This document shows positions 1 to 13,051 of a stretch of 64,000 nt of DNA, one piece after another. The DNA is from Squalus acanthias. Taxonomy: Eukaryota. Position numbers and translations under genes: made by a program. Where the stretch lies: contig CM059440.1 in assembly GCA_030390025.1 (NCBI GenBank), positions 52,080,001 through 52,144,000 of the forward strand. The letters are read 5' to 3'. Below the pieces are notes generated by a model. It had not been told where the DNA came from, did no database searches, and saw only the letters and a program-made list of their open reading frames with translations. The first letter of the stretch is position 1. The number at the start of each line of letters is the position of its first letter.

Positions 1-2023
1 ACCGAATTTTGGGGGACTGTAGTGATCATAAAATTATGATCCAATAAAATATTAATTTGATTACTGTAGAATTTAATTGCTGAGAAAATGCTTAAAGCAA
101 ATCAACTTAAAAACCATCAGGCATTGGGCAAAACTGAAGCATCCTGATGATTTTGTGTTCGTGTCTTTTAGAAGAATGGGCCAGACAATGTATCACTAAA
201 TCTTTGCCTGGTACAGAGGAAGAGAAAATATGGACCAATGCTGATAATTTAATAATCAACACACTCACTGGCCCACCATTATTGGAACTAAAGCATTATA
301 TGTGGTGCTATCACAGTAGATTGTACAGTGCAGCAAGGGTGAGCCAGCATCAGAATGGAGTCACGAATCCAAGGTAGTCACATTCCTGGTAAGATTACTG
401 AATCCACACTGATATTATGCTTGTATATTTTGCCCACAGTTTTGAAAAATAATCAAATCACGGTACTTTAGTGAAAAACAGAAGTGCAAATGGCAGGCCA
501 AATATGATCGGAAGAGCTCTTTTCTGTCCATTTAAAACAAATGGTATGGCCATGACAGGATATGCAGCAAGCCCACTTTCTTTTTTTTTCCAACTTTTTT
601 TTAAAAATAGAAAATACACTTTCAAGAGCTTTTTCCCTGCACCGAACACAATAAAAACCAGTCATTTCTTTTTTAAAAAGACACAAATAATATGTGCAAG
701 CTCACTTGTCACACATGTAGCATCGTGAAATACTTGTGCTTTTTCTTATCCATTTGTCTTTTTTTTTTAAAAAACAAAAATATTCTTAGGTTTTGTCACG
801 CCAAGAAATAGGTGGCGTGGTTTATACATTTAGCTATTGTACTAAAATACTTTCTCCAGCAGGCAAGTCCTGCTTTAAAATATACATATGCTACAAGTTT
901 TACACTTAGTTACGTGGCTCTTTCTACATGTTAAAACAAGGTTTCGGAAAAGAAACTGGCCATAAGAATTAATAACTTGCACATTAATTTTAACCAGCTT
1001 AATCCTTACACAATATTTTGACAGTTCTAAAATTAACACTACCCATTACTTTCTCTGTACAAAAATTTTTTGGCAAGTGATATAAATCTCAAACCCAATT
1101 AAAATTTGCATTCCAGTTTTACATTAAAATAACAAGGAGCAATTTTTGGAAGTGCTAATGGAGACAGGCAAAATAAAAACTTACGCCATGGGTATTTAAA
1201 AGGGTCTATTGTGTTAATCTTAGTATTAGCAGGCAACATAAATGCTCAATAATCTTTCAGTTAATAAAACTGACCAGACTTTTTAAGTGGTTGCCTATTC
1301 AGTGCAGTACACTTGCCTCAGTAGGTTGGTAAGATCGAAACTGCATTTCTCAATGAAAATATACATTAAAACACAAAAAGGCCCCAACAGGCCATTAACA
1401 CTGGTAGATGTGGTTGCATCTTGTAGCAAGCATTGTGCATTAGGTACTGTATTGTGGGATTTCACTAAATAGTCTTCCTCTCTAACTAAACACAAAGGAC
1501 CAATTTAATATCAGGAGTTCCAAAAATCACATTGAACGGTGGAGGTAATGAAACATGTTTTCCAGAACATGAAGCTACTCACACAACTTACTTCTGTTGC
1601 CCAATCACAGTTGGCAAATTCAGCAAGAAGGCCAACAAATATTGCTGTCTCAGCACTTTCAGACGTGATCAACTATCAATTGCAATGGAGGTTCCATAGC
1701 GGAAAGTGCCCAGCACTTGAAACATGGAAAATCCTGAGCTGCAATGCTAAACTTGAAATCAGTTTCCTCTTCACGGGCAAAGAGGGAAAGAAGGAAGACA
1801 GAATGGGAAGAGGAAACAAATTGCCTGGTTTACACCTGATAGTCTCAAATATCAAAACTGGACTAATACACACCAAGCAAACATCCAGCTTGGAAGGACA
1901 ATAAAAAGGCAATGCTTTTTTTTTTTAAAAAAGACTTAAAACTCCTGTATTAAATAATAGAATTAGAAACCATTAAAGTTTCCAGCTCTGCATGGTCCTT
2001 CCATATTTTAACCTGCAAATAGT

Positions 2024-2464
2024 CTATGCTTGCACTTTAAGCAAGGTCTTCAACTGAAAGGCCATTTCACTGTGGTCAGAAGGCTCCAAGGGAATGTGTA
2101 CCCAATGGCTTGGAGGCTTGGGCAGTACACTTGGTGACGGTGGCTCACTAAACTTGGCTCCAGCATAATTTTGATCACACTGTGATCTGAACAGTGTATT
2201 TGAGCTGCTCAGAACTGCCTCCCAATTCTGATTGTTTGTCGTAAAGTGCATAACATTCTTCCCTTCCTTCTGCACAACCTGACACGCTTCAGAAATAAAC
2301 GGATATCGTCCGTGTCCCTTCTCGCCTTTCTTGTGCATTGTCTTCACATGGTAGAGATTATCATCCTTGCTTCTCTGTCGGCTATTGCTTAAGTGCTGGT
2401 TCCTCTTTGGAGTGCCATGGTTTGGTTGGGATATTGGAATGTTTAATCTTTCAACACCTCCCAT
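2024..2464 (-). CDS. PNRC2: Proline-rich nuclear receptor coactivator 2 (146 aa; whole CDS in one exon)
   Basis: ORF begins MGGVERLNIP and ends NYAGAKFSEPPSPSVLPKPPSHW...FQLKTLLKVQA, the PNRC signature. Size and N-terminus fit PNRC2 rather than PNRC1. Splice acceptor (minus: tttctgtttgtacAG) lies at 2490-2491, just upstream of the ATG. Confidence 0.95.
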   Translation of the reverse strand: MGGVERLNIPISQPNHGTPKRNQHLSNSRQRSKDDNLYHVKTMHKKGEKGHGRYPFISEACQVVQKEGKNVMHFTTNNQNWEAVLSSSNTLFRSQCDQNYAGAKFSEPPSPSVLPKPPSHWVHIPLEPSDHSEMAFQLKTLLKVQA

Positions 2465-3291
2465 TTTCCTTTTCCAAAGAAACTATCACCTGTACAAACA
2501 GAAACAAAAGCCAGCTTTAAAAAAAAAGTCTTACTGTAGCAAATTTGAATCACTCATTAAATTACAAATACATTTCTTTAATATCAGAATTCGATATTAA
2601 ACTAATGCGTGCCCTTTGTGCTACAATGTTTTAAGTTGGTCCCAGGCGTGACTTTGTGCATTTGCAGCATTCTAAACTTTGAAACATTGTAATGTTGCTG
2701 TTTAAAATTTGAACTGCAAGCTGCAGTGATTCTACACTAACCACACACTGGGGCGGCAGAAATCCGATCTTTAATGCACGTTGCAACATTGAACATTTCA
2801 CCACACCCCCTTCCTCTCCAAAAACATAATGCACTCCCTGGCTGCTCTAAAGCAACAATCAAAGTGATAGTCACAGGGCATATTATAGCTCACTTACAAT
2901 TAAACGGAAACCTTCGTGGTTTTCAGAAACAGCTGTGCCTTTACCACAAGGCAGTGTTTACAAGAAAATTTAAATGGAAGTGATGTCATTGCAAACTGAC
3001 CTACGCACAACCCTTGAAACAACCCAGCAAAATCTGCAGACACTTGAGATTATTAGAAGACAGCAAAATAGAAAATTGACAAAAAAATAACCTGTTATGA
3101 ACATACTAACAACCACAAGTATTAAGTATGGAATACTCCTTCAACTTCTATTGCAGGTAATCCAACTAATTCCCCCCCCAAAAAAAAAGTCTCCTGGAAC
3201 ACTGATTTTAAATGTGAATAGGTTGAAGAAATTCAAACTCAGTTTCCTAATCACCCTCCCTTTTAGATGGAATAGAAGTCACTACAGTAAT

Positions 3292-3748
3292 CCGTGGCTC
3301 AGTTGGTAGCACCCTTGCCTCAGAGTCAGAAGGTCACGGGTTCAAATCCCACTCCAGAGACTGGAGCACAAAAATCTAGGCTGACACTCCAGTGCAGTGC
3401 TGAGGGAGTGCTGCACTGTCTGTGACGCCGTCTTTCGGATGAGATGTTAAACCGAGGCCCCGTCTGCTCTCTCAGGTGGACATAAAAGATCCCATGGCAC
3501 TATTTCGAGGAAGAGCAGCGGTGTTATCCCCGGTGTCCTGGGGCCAATATTTATCCCTCAATCAACATCACTAAAACTGATTATCTGGTCCTTATCACAT
3601 TGCTGTTTGTGGGAGCTTGCTGTGCGCAGATTGGCTGCCACGTTTCCCACATTACAACAGTGACTACACTCCAAAAGTACTTAATTGGCTGTAAAGCGCT
3701 TTGGGACGTCCGGTGGTTAGAAAGGCGCTATAGAAATGCAAGTCTTTT
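3292..3748 (+). mobile_element. tRNA-derived Deu-domain SINE (SacSINE1-like), near full length
   Basis: A-box tggctcagttggt and B-box ggttcaaatcc; Deu-type core gccgtctttcggatgagatgttaaaccgagg...aagatcccatggcact; tail aaatgcaagtcttt. Lies in the PNRC2 intron. Confidence 0.85.
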
Positions 3749-4399
3749 TGTTATCTGATCTTTGGACAGGGAATGGATGCGGTAATCTCTGGTAGCTCGA
3801 GAAGGGCTGACATCGATTTAAAAGTAAGAAGTTAACAAGCAATTAACAATGTTTTACGATCGGTGAACAGTTTGAGTTTGGGCAATACTTGGCCATTTGA
3901 AAGAAGTCTCCCTCCCTCCCCCCGACCTTTTGTCCACACACCTACCTCTTGGTTGAAAAATCCCAAAACGCGTCGACCTTCTTATCCAAAGCTTTCTGGA
4001 AACTCCGGCTCCAGATTATCGGGAATCTCTCGCTCCCAGTCGATCGGGCTGATGTTTGCCAGCGAGGAATTTGCATGAGCCGAACTCCGAGCGAAAATGG
4101 TGCAGCCAAGCACAACATGGGTCTCCTGGGCACAGCAGGCTCGTTGCAAGGCAGTGGCTTCCGGAGCAAGAAGACACAGGATTAAAAACTCAGATAAACC
4201 GGAAAATATTCCACAAGGTGAACACTTTTTTTTAAAGTTATGATTTGAACATTGCGCTCAGTTCAAACGCCCCCCTTTACAACCCAATTTCCTGATCACG
4301 GGACAGGGGAAGGGGAGGGAGGGAGAGATAGAGGGGGGAGGAAGGGGAAATGAAGAGGATGGGATGGGGGGGGGGGGGGGGGGGGAAAGGGAGGCAAGA

Positions 4400-5050
4400 A
4401 ACAAAAGGCAGGAGGCCCGTCTTAACATGGCGGCTGGAGAAAGTGAAAGCAGGAAAGCCCCCAGCGCCGATCCGCCCGTGTCCCCCCAACCTCTGTGTCT
4501 CCCTCTCTGTCCCCTGTCCCTCTTACCCACTCGGTCCTCTCGCCAGTGAGCCAACGCCTCCTGCTCGGCCACTCACTGAGCTCCGCCGCTCGCTCTGTCT
4601 CAGCTGCCCCGCTGTCGCTGCAGAAAATGGAACCCGGAGACAAAGCCGTGGGACCAATCAGGGCCCACCGAACCGATACACACTGCGCTCTCGGCCAATC
4701 GCCGTCCGCGCCGTTGCTTTTGTTACAACGCCACTCGGGTGACGTCACGGCTGGTGTGGAATCCCGATGAAATAAACAAAGGGCGCGGGAGAGGCGCTGT
4801 TCATTTCAGTGCTCCGCACTGGGGGGGAATCCTCTGGCTTACACTAATGGCTGCCTCTCTCTCTCTCTGTGTTTGTTGTCCAGTTGGGGTTTTTTTTTGC
4901 TTGCTCTTCAGTTGTTCAAAATGGCTCCTCTCCTTCCCTGGGCGGGGCTCTTGGCTTTGTTTTGTTATGTTCAGCCCCCATTGGTGAGTTTAAAATTGGA
5001 ACAGCATCTCATTACCTCCCCACCAATAGGCAGCAGTCGCAAACGTTGAG
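4400..5050 (-). promoter_or_regulatory. PNRC2 CpG-rich promoter with CCAAT boxes, CRE, GC box and YY1-type motif
   Basis: CCAAT at about 4654 and 4694; full CRE TGACGTCA at 4740-4747; GGGCGGGG at about 4940; AACATGGCGGC at 4424-4434; locally high CpG and no repeats. Confidence 0.7.
4527..4640 (-). other. PNRC2: Probable non-coding first exon of PNRC2
   Basis: Minus-strand donor GG|GTAAGA at 4525-4526, with an alternative GTGAGT at 4571-4576, inside the CpG-rich region. The 5' boundary is approximate. Confidence 0.55.
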
Positions 5051-5139
5051 GACATGTTGTACGTGAGGTGCACGAACTGGCAGATCCCCTGTTGGGTACA
5101 CACTGCGTTGCAGGTTCTGCTATATGTTACCAGAAAGAC

Positions 5140-5786
5140 TAGAACTTGCAACTTATTTATCATGTTTCATATCCTCGGGACGCCCCAAAGCGCTTCACAG
5201 CCAATGAGATACTTTTTTTTTGCTATGTAGTTACTGTTGCACGAATTAAACACACCAAGCTTCCACAAACAGCAGTGAGATTAATGACAAGATAATATTT
5301 ATTAGTAATGCTGGTTGAGGGCATAAATATTAAAGAAATAAAGACTTGCATTTATATAGCACTTTTCACGACCACCCGACGTCCCAAAGCGCTTTACAGC
5401 CAATGAAGTACTTTTTGACGTGTAGTCACTGTTGTAATGTAGGAAACACTACAGCCAATTTGCACACAGCAAGCTCCCACAAACAGCAATGTGATAATGC
5501 CAGATCATCTGTTTTAGTGATGTTGATTGAGAGATAAATATTGGCCAGGACACCAGGGATAACTCCCCTTGCTCTTCTTCAAAATAGTGCCATGGAATCT
5601 TTTACCTCCACCTGCGAGGTTAGACTGGGCCTCGGTTTAACGTCTCATCTGAAAGACGGCACCTCTGACAATGCATCACTCCCTCAGCACTGCACCAGAG
5701 CGTCAGCCTAGATTTTAGTGCTCAACTCTCTGGAGTGGAACTTGTACCCACAACCTTCTGATGCAGAGGCCAGGGTGCTACCCGCT
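5140..5786 (-). mobile_element. Deu-domain SINE copies (partial copy 5140-5330 plus near-full copy 5340-5786 whose 5' end continues at 7726-7756)
   Basis: Reverse complement of the 3292-3748 element. The tRNA head is interrupted at 5786 and resumes at 7726 (agagtgctacccactgagccac). Confidence 0.8.
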
Positions 5787-7725
5787 TTTTTAAAAATATA
5801 TTATTTATTGAAAATTAAAATCATTTACAACATCGTGATCATTCCATTGTATAATACAAATCCATTCCGCCGCTCTGCACAGCCATTCCTCCACCACATA
5901 TTAACATCAAAACCTGAAGTTTAATTTGTCTCCCATAACATATACTAATCTATTGTACTTTAAAAATTGAACAGTAATCATGGCTCTGAATTGGGGAAGT
6001 GTGCCTGATAATCCCCCATCATTTAATCTCCGGCCCTTCCCTCCTCTCATTCTCCTTCCCAACTTTTCGGGCAGCTGTTGCTTTCTCCTGCAGCCTCCGG
6101 CTCTTTTTCACCTCCTGTTTGAACCTTCCCTGCAGTTTCAGCCTCTTCCTTACAGTAGGTTTGGGCCGCAGAGCTGCTCCTTCTCCCTCCTTCTGCCCCT
6201 CACTAACCTTTCCCTTTCCACACAATGCCACCTCACCCCCCACTTCCATGTCTCTGTCCCACCCTGACTCCTCACTCTCGAGCTCTTCTGTAACCTCCCG
6301 TCCCTGCTCCCCGTCAGATACATAATCTCCCTTAGAGAGTCTTCCTGCTATCACAGTTTCTCCAACAGTGCCACTCCCTTCAGCCTCCTCTTCACCGCTG
6401 ACCCTTGCTCCCCGTTTCTTCTCTGTCTGGGACAATGGCGCATCTGCACCTATTTCGCTCCCTTCTGGCCTCTTTGTCTCCCCACTCCCTTCCTGCTGCC
6501 CCTTTAAGGCTCCTGCCTCTTGCCCCCTCTCCTTGTCTTGCCCCCTCCTGCTCCCCGAGATGTCCGACTCCCCGTCTTTCTTTGGAGTATTTACACTTAC
6601 CCTGCACCCCGCTCCCGCCTCCTCTCCCCCCGCGGATTCCAGATTCTTTAGGGAGAGCCGAGCCGTATTATGGCTCGACGCTGCCCTCGACCCGTGCGGC
6701 CCGCTGCTGTCTTTGTCCTTTTCTACCGTACTTGGTGTGTTTTCCACCATCTCCATCCTGTTCTCTGCTCCGCAATTTTCTGCCTCTTTTAGGCTGGGGT
6801 TGTTTTCTTTCGAACAGAGGAGGCTGAGGGGAGACTTGATTGAGGTGTATAAAATTATGAGAGGCCTAGATAGAGTGGATAGGAAGGACCTATTTCCCTT
6901 GGCAGAGGGGTTGATAACCAGGGGGCATAGATTTAAAGTAATTGGTAGAAGGATTAGAGGGGAGTTGAGGAGAACTTTTTTCACCCAGAGGATGGTGGGG
7001 GTCTGGAACTCACTGCCTGAAAGCGTGGTAGAGGCAGAAACCCTCATCGCATTTAAAAAGTACTTGGGTTTGCACTTGAAGGGCCGTAACCTACAGGGTT
7101 ACGGACCAAGTGCTGGAAAATGGGATTATGCTGGAGAGCTCTTTGTCGGCTGGCATGGATAAGATGAGCCAAATAGCCTCCTGTGCTGTAAATTTCTATG
7201 ATTCCATCCTCAATATAAACCGGCAGGTTTAAGAATGAGACCAGCACCTCTTCAGAATATAGCAGAGATACCTCCATGAACTTAGCTCCAACCTTCAAAC
7301 TCCGAAAAGTCTTTCCACCTCCTCTCAGCCACTGACCGTCACCTCAAACCCAACATTCGGCTTTGGTGGGCAGGCAAAGCAGCTTCCCTCACCGCAGTCC
7401 TCATGTACCACCTGGATAATATCCCAAGCTCGTATCTCCTTATCCTCACACTGAACCACCACCGTGTTTTCTTTTCCAAACCTCCTGGGGCCTTTTTTTC
7501 TCCCTTCCCCCAACATTTTCTCCCCTGATTAAATTCATCCTGGGAACATTGTCCTCTGAGGGGCCCGGTAATCCGGCCCCCTCAGCAGCCATCTTGCTGC
7601 TGTTTAAGGACCAAAAAGGCCCTAAACCCTGAAAAAAACCACCAACTTTTTACAAACTCACTCCAACTCCCTGCTGTAGTCAAGCACCCAGCAGCACCTG
7701 CTCACTCCTAGCCCCTCCCACCTAG
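5787..7725 (-). mobile_element. Internally deleted Tx1/L1-like non-LTR element inserted in the SINE tRNA head
   Basis: About 15-bp TSD, agggtgctacccgct (5772-5786) / agagtgctacccact (7726-7740). Minus-strand AATAAA and A-tail at about 5787-5810. ORF1-like peptides KENTVVVQC..IIQVVHEDCGEGSCFACPPK..FEVTV and VLVSFLNLPVYIED, followed by a low-complexity charged region. Confidence 0.65.
6791..7205 (+). mobile_element. CR1 LINE 3' fragment
   Basis: Translates as LGLFSFEQRRLRGDLIEVYKIMRGLDRVD...FFTQRMVGVWNSLP, the CR1 ORF2 C-terminus, followed by a 3' UTR. Confidence 0.9.
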
Positions 7726-7999
7726 AGAGTGCTACCCACTGAGCCACAGCTGACACATATTGACTAGGATATCTCCTCTGCACTTCTTTGAATCGGCCAT
7801 TGGATGTATTCTGTCCACCCAAGCAGGCTTACGGCCCCCCTGTCTCATTCATAAAACAGGACCTCCAACAGCCTTCTCCTTTCAGCCACTCATCTTGTTC
7901 CACCCCTCTCCTTTAAAATCCCCATCTACTGCCACCCCACCCCCCTACCCCGAGTTTCTCACCGAGATACATTTCCGCCCTCAGCCTCTCCACTGAACG

Positions 8000-8340
8000 A
8001 TTCCTCATACAAACATACGTACAAATTAGGAGCAGGAGTAGGCCACTCGGCCCCTCGAGCCTGCTCCGCCATTCAATAAGATCATGGCTGATCTGACTAC
8101 TCCACATTCCCGCCTACCCCCGATAACCTTTCACCCCCTTGCTTGTCAAGAATCTATCTACCTCTGCCTTAAAAATATTCAAAGACTCTGCTTCCACCGC
8201 CCTCTGAGGAAGAGAGTTCCAAAGACTCACGACCCTCTGTGAGAAAAAAATTCTCCTCATCTCTGTCTTAAATGGGCGACCCCTTATTTTTAAACAGTGA
8301 CCCCTAGTTCTAGATTCTCCCACAAGAGGAAACATCCTCT
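8000..8340 (-). mobile_element. CR1 LINE 3' fragment
   Basis: Translates as FPLVGESRTRGHCLKIRGRPFKTEMRR..FSQRVVSLWNSLP, plus the CR1 3' hairpin tail. Confidence 0.9.
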
Positions 8341-8874
8341 CATCAGTGGTTTAAATTTCCTTCTCTGCTCCCCTTGCCCTCTCTCCTCCGATTTCACTGT
8401 CCTCCTGTCACCGGTGAACCTCTCCCTCCAAATAAATTCTCCTACCCATATTCATCGCCTTCCCTTCAACCTTGCAATTTCCTGTGGCCTCTCTACTCCT
8501 ATGGTCTCAATCACGGACAAGGCTATCTCCAACCACTTGCTTGTATCCCTCACCACCTACATCCCTGTACCCGCTTCCAAACCCACTTCCTTCTGCGTCC
8601 ATCCTTGGAAACAAACACGCCCCCAAGTCATTTACAACTACACTTTCAAACTCCTAACTGCCTAATCTTTGGCCTTCCATTCACAATGCTACTTCTGCAG
8701 CTGTCAATTTGCTCATTCATAAAACACCACCTTACCTCCACCATTGATACCCTTAGCCCTAGCAAAGCCTTTATTCTCTTCCACCCTAGTCATTACCTCA
8801 GTATGGCCTCATCTTTGCTCACTGAAGTCCAAGGAGCACAGACTTGAGTGTATCTGGGGCACAACAGTTTTGTT

Positions 8875-9862
8875 TTTATTCGTTCATGGGGTGTGGGCGT
8901 CGCTGGCAAGTCCAGCATTTATTGCCCATCCCTAGTTGCCCTTGAGAAGGTGGTGATGAGCCACCTTCTTGAACCGCTGCAGTCTGTGTGGTGAAGGTAC
9001 TCCCACAGTGCTGTTTTTTTTGTTTTTTTTTAACATGGTTCAAATATTTTTATTCAAAAACAATAATACCTGTACAACTCATCAATTACATAGTAAATCC
9101 ATTACATAGTAAATCCATTACATTCATCCATCACAGTAAAAAAATAAAGCCTTAAAAACAGCCTTATAATTAATATAAATGCAATGATTACTTTTACAAA
9201 TAATCAATAATGTTTACAGTACAAATACCTTTAAACAATACCACACAACCTTTTAGATTTAAAATAATAAATCTCAAGGTTAACTCCACATAAAAAACCA
9301 TTTCAACACCACAGTGTACAAACACATAGCACCATCATAATCCAATTAAATGCTACAGATAACACTTATTCCAATAAACCAAGAAAAAACCCTTTTTACG
9401 CCAGTCCTACTGGCATTGTTCATTCGATCATTCATTCAAATGTTCGTTCGTTCATTCAAGCGTTCGTTCGTTCGTTCGATCGAGTGTAAGTTCCAATATG
9501 CCCACAGTGCTGTTAGGGAGGGAGTTCCAGGATTTTGACCCAGCGACATTGAAGGAATGGCGATATATTTCCAAGTCAGGATGGTGTGTGACTTGGAGGG
9601 GAACTTGGAGGTGGTGGTGTTCCCATGCGCCTGCTGCCCTTGTCCTTCTAGGTGGTAGAGGTCGCAGGTTTGAGAGGTGCTGTTGAAGAAGCCTTGGTGA
9701 GTTGCTGCAGTGCATCTTGTAGATGGTACACACTGCAGCCACGGTGCGCCGGTGGTGGAAGGAGTGAATGTTTAAGGTGGTGGATGGGGTACCAATCAAG
9801 CAGGCTGCTTTGTCCTGGATGGTGTCGAGCTTCTTCAGTGTTGTTGGAGCTGCACTCATCCA
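8875..9862 (-). mobile_element. 3' fragment of a second LINE family, interrupted at 9016-9500
   Basis: RT C-terminal peptides MSAAPTTLKKLDTIQDKAACLIG and KSWNSLPNS; same family as 25775-26430. Confidence 0.8.
9016..9500 (-). mobile_element. 5'-truncated poly(A) retroposon (L1/Tx1-type 3' end)
   Basis: 14-bp TSD cccacagtgctgtt at 9002-9015 and 9501-9514; poly-T (minus-strand A-tail) with AATAAA at about 9048. Confidence 0.75.
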
Positions 9863-10063
9863 TCAGCTAATCAAACGCTATTGGGCCTCATTCTCCTCTG
9901 CCAAAACTACCCACTACTTCAGGGTCATCATGGAGAGTAAAGATTGCCCTGAGCTTCTTTTCTCCATAGCAACTGTTTCCTTAAACCCCGGTCCCCTGCC
10001 CCGTCCATTCTCAACTCCAACAACAAGTATGCAGAGCTTATAGACTTCTTTGTCAGTAAGGCT

Positions 10064-11090
10064 GAGACTAGTGGGGTACCGCAAGGATCGGTGCTTGGGC
10101 CCCAGCTATTCACAATCTATATCAATGATTTGGATGAGGGGACTAAATGTCACATTTCCAAATTTGCTGATGAGACAAAGCTAGGTGTCAGTGTCAGTTG
10201 TGAAGAGGATGTGAAGAGGCTTCAAGGGGATCTCGACAGGCTCAGTGAGTGGGCGAGAACATGGCAGATGGATTATAATGTGGATAAATGTGAAGTTATC
10301 CACTTTGGTAGAAAAAACAGAAAGGCAGAGTATTTCCTAAATGGTGAAAGATCGGGGAATGCAGATGCTCAAAGCGACCTGGGTGTCCTTGTACATGAGT
10401 CACTGAAAGTGAATGTGCAGGTGCAGCAAGCCATTAGGAAGACAAATGGTATGCTGGCCTTCATTACAAGAGCATTTGAGTACAGGAGTAAAGAAGTCTT
10501 ACTCCAATTATATAGGGCCTTGGTGAGACCACACCAGGAGTACTGTGTGCAATTTTGGTCTCTTTACCTGAGGAAGGATATATTTGCAAGAGGGAGTGCA
10601 ACAAAGGTTCATGAGATTGATTCCTGGGATGGCAGGACTGTTGTATGAGAAGAGATTGAGTAAACTAGGCCTGTATTCTCTTGAATTCAGAAGAATGAGA
10701 GGGGATCTCATTGAAGCATACAAAATTATTACAGGGCTTGATAGGGTGGATGCTGGGAGAATGTTTCCCTTGGCTGGGGAGTCTAGAACCAGGGGCCACA
10801 GCCTCAGGATAAAGGGTAGGCCATTCAGGACTGAGATGAGAAGAAATTTCTTCACACAGAGGGTGGTGAATCTTTGGAATTCTCTACCCCAGAGGGCTGT
10901 GGCAGCTCAGTCATTGGGTATATTCAAAACAGAAGTCGATAGATTTCTGACTAGTAAGGGCATCAAGGGATATGGCGATAGGGCCGGTGAATGGAGTTGA
11001 GGCAGAAGATCAGCCATGATCTTATTGAATGGCGGAGCAGGCTCAAAGGGCCGAATGCCCGACTCCTGCTCCTATTTCTTATGTTCTTAT
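10064..11090 (+). mobile_element. CR1 LINE, 5'-truncated (RT C-terminal half and 3' UTR)
   Basis: Translates as GVPQGSVLGPQLFTIYINDLDEG...KFADETK, frameshifted. Nearly identical to 29150-30180. Confidence 0.92.
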
Positions 11091-12356
11091 CCATTCAGCT
11101 GCCTCTGGTGCATTTTCCCTCCCCCTTCCCACCAACTTAAACCTCGCCCCAGGATTCTCCCTGCCCTAGCCCTGAACCTGTATGTTTCTCTAGTTTCACT
11201 CCCATCTCCTCTCATTTCGAACTAATCTTGTGCGTGAAACCCACCTCCTGTTCCCTTGACCCCATTCTCATGAAATTGCTGACCACCTATCTTCCTGTCC
11301 TGAGCCCCATGCTAGTTGAAACATTGTAACTGATTCCCTCCCCTCAAAACCACTGTCATCAGCCCACTCCTCAAAAAACCCACCCTCGAACCCTGTCCTT
11401 GCAAACTACCACCCGATCGCTAATCACCCTTACCTCTCTAAAGTCCATGAGCGTGTTGTCCCCTCCCAAATTCATGCCCATCTTTCCCGTAACTCCATAT
11501 TTGAATCTTTTCAATCAGGTTTCCATCACTGCCACAGCACCAACATGGTCCGAAACAAAGTCACAAATGACATCCTCTGGAACTGTGACTGTGGTGAGTT
11601 ATCCCTCCTGGTCTTCCTTGATCTCTGTGCCTTTGAGATGGTCGACCACACCACCCTCCTCCGTTAAATGTTCCCATTAAGCTGCGCGTTGGTCTGGTGG
11701 TCCCACGCAGACCACTCAGCAGCTTTTAAATGGAAAAAGCGCACATGCGCAGAACTTTGAATGGGCCGCGCACCCAAAATAAATTAGCGGGAACATTGCC
11801 TCCATTGTCCAGCTCAAGGAAACTACCCTTGTTTGGTTTTATTCCTACCTATCAAATTATAGCCAGAGTATTCCCACCATTTGCTCCGGAGTCACCAAGG
11901 ATCTATCCTTGGTGTCCTATTCTTCCTGATCTACATATTGCCCCTTGGCGACATTATCTGCCCACATGGGGCCAGCTTCCACATGTACGCTGACAACACC
12001 CAGCTCTACCTCTCCATCACCTATTGCAACCCCTCCACTGCCTGTGTTTTCAGACAGCTTGTCCACCATTAAGCTGTGGATCAGCCGCAATTTCCTCCAG
12101 CTAAACATCGGTGAAGCCAAAGCCATCGTCTTCGGCCTCTGCCACAAATTCCATACCCTTGCCACGATCACTTTCCATACCCCAGCCACTGTCTCAGACC
12201 GAACCAGATTGTTCGCAACCTTGGCATCCAATTCAACCCTGAACTGAACTTCTGACCCCCATATATTCTCCATCACAAAGACCTGCTACTTCCATAACAT
12301 CACCCACCTCATCCGTGAGCTTCTGACCCCCATATATTCTCCATCACAAAGACCTG
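11090..12356 (+). mobile_element. Degenerate L2-like LINE RT fragment, continuing at 21064-21400 after the provirus
   Basis: Translates as [36 protein letters not shown] and WISRNFLQLNIGEAK; the sequence resumes after 21063. Confidence 0.75.
11666..11798. mobile_element. Small hAT-type MITE
   Basis: TIRs aatgttccc...gggaacatt; 8-bp TSD cctccgtt (11658-11665) / cctccatt (11799-11806). Confidence 0.65.
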
Positions 12357-13051
12357 TGTTAGATTCGAATTTGGAGAAACCTCAGATAGAGACAGAATTG
12401 AGGACAAGTTCAGAATTTATTAAAACAAACAAAAGACTTGTGCACAAGGGAGAGCCACTCAGCTTCCTCAAGCTAGGGGTGCACTCTCGAGGGACAAGTA
12501 ACAGTTCATTCAAGTTATACACTTCTATAAGCACCGCCCACTTACCACAGAATGGGGGTGTACACGTACAAACAGTGTCACTACAGTTACTCTTTATTGG
12601 TTATGTGGTTAGTCACTCAACTGTCGGGCCCTCCCCTTGAACTCGGATACCCTCTGACCATGCCAGTCACAGATGTTGGTTGTCTCATCCTACTCCCCAC
12701 ATTCCTGCTGTTATCTCTTCCCCTTTGTAGGCATAGTTTATAGTTTGAGAAAACATATTTTATCCTTAACTGTCGAACAAGCGGGATGGCTCAAGGCCGT
12801 AATGGCTTATGTGCCCAGTGACTGGAACAGTGTTGGTTGCTAATTGCACCCTTATCTCTTGGGAGGCCAGGCTGTGTTTTGACAATGGCTCTACTGAGGC
12901 TGTGAATACACACATTCCGAAGTTTGATAAGGGAAGGGCATCTTGCAATCTACAAATGTGCTTTAGTTAGCTAAAGCTACTCTATGGGTAAAATAGAGGG
13001 TTAATGTAGTCAAGTATCCCAGAATTCTTTGGGAACAAGCCGGATCCTTCA
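12357..13051 (-). repeat. 3' LTR of provirus 1
   Basis: Direct repeat of 20336-21063; minus-strand PPT ggaaggggggac at 13052-13063. Confidence 0.92.

Noticed and set aside
1-2023. Short ORFs and a possible neighbouring gene end
   Set aside because: AT-rich, UTR-like sequence downstream of PNRC2; I could not assign a poly(A) site or a neighbour from the sequence alone.
3292-3360. tRNA gene
   Set aside because: It is the tRNA-derived head of a SINE that continues into the Deu domain.
6368-7162. 264-aa plus ORF and overlapping 342-aa minus ORF as host genes
   Set aside because: Both are chimeras of a CR1 fragment and low-complexity Tx1-like ORF1 sequence.
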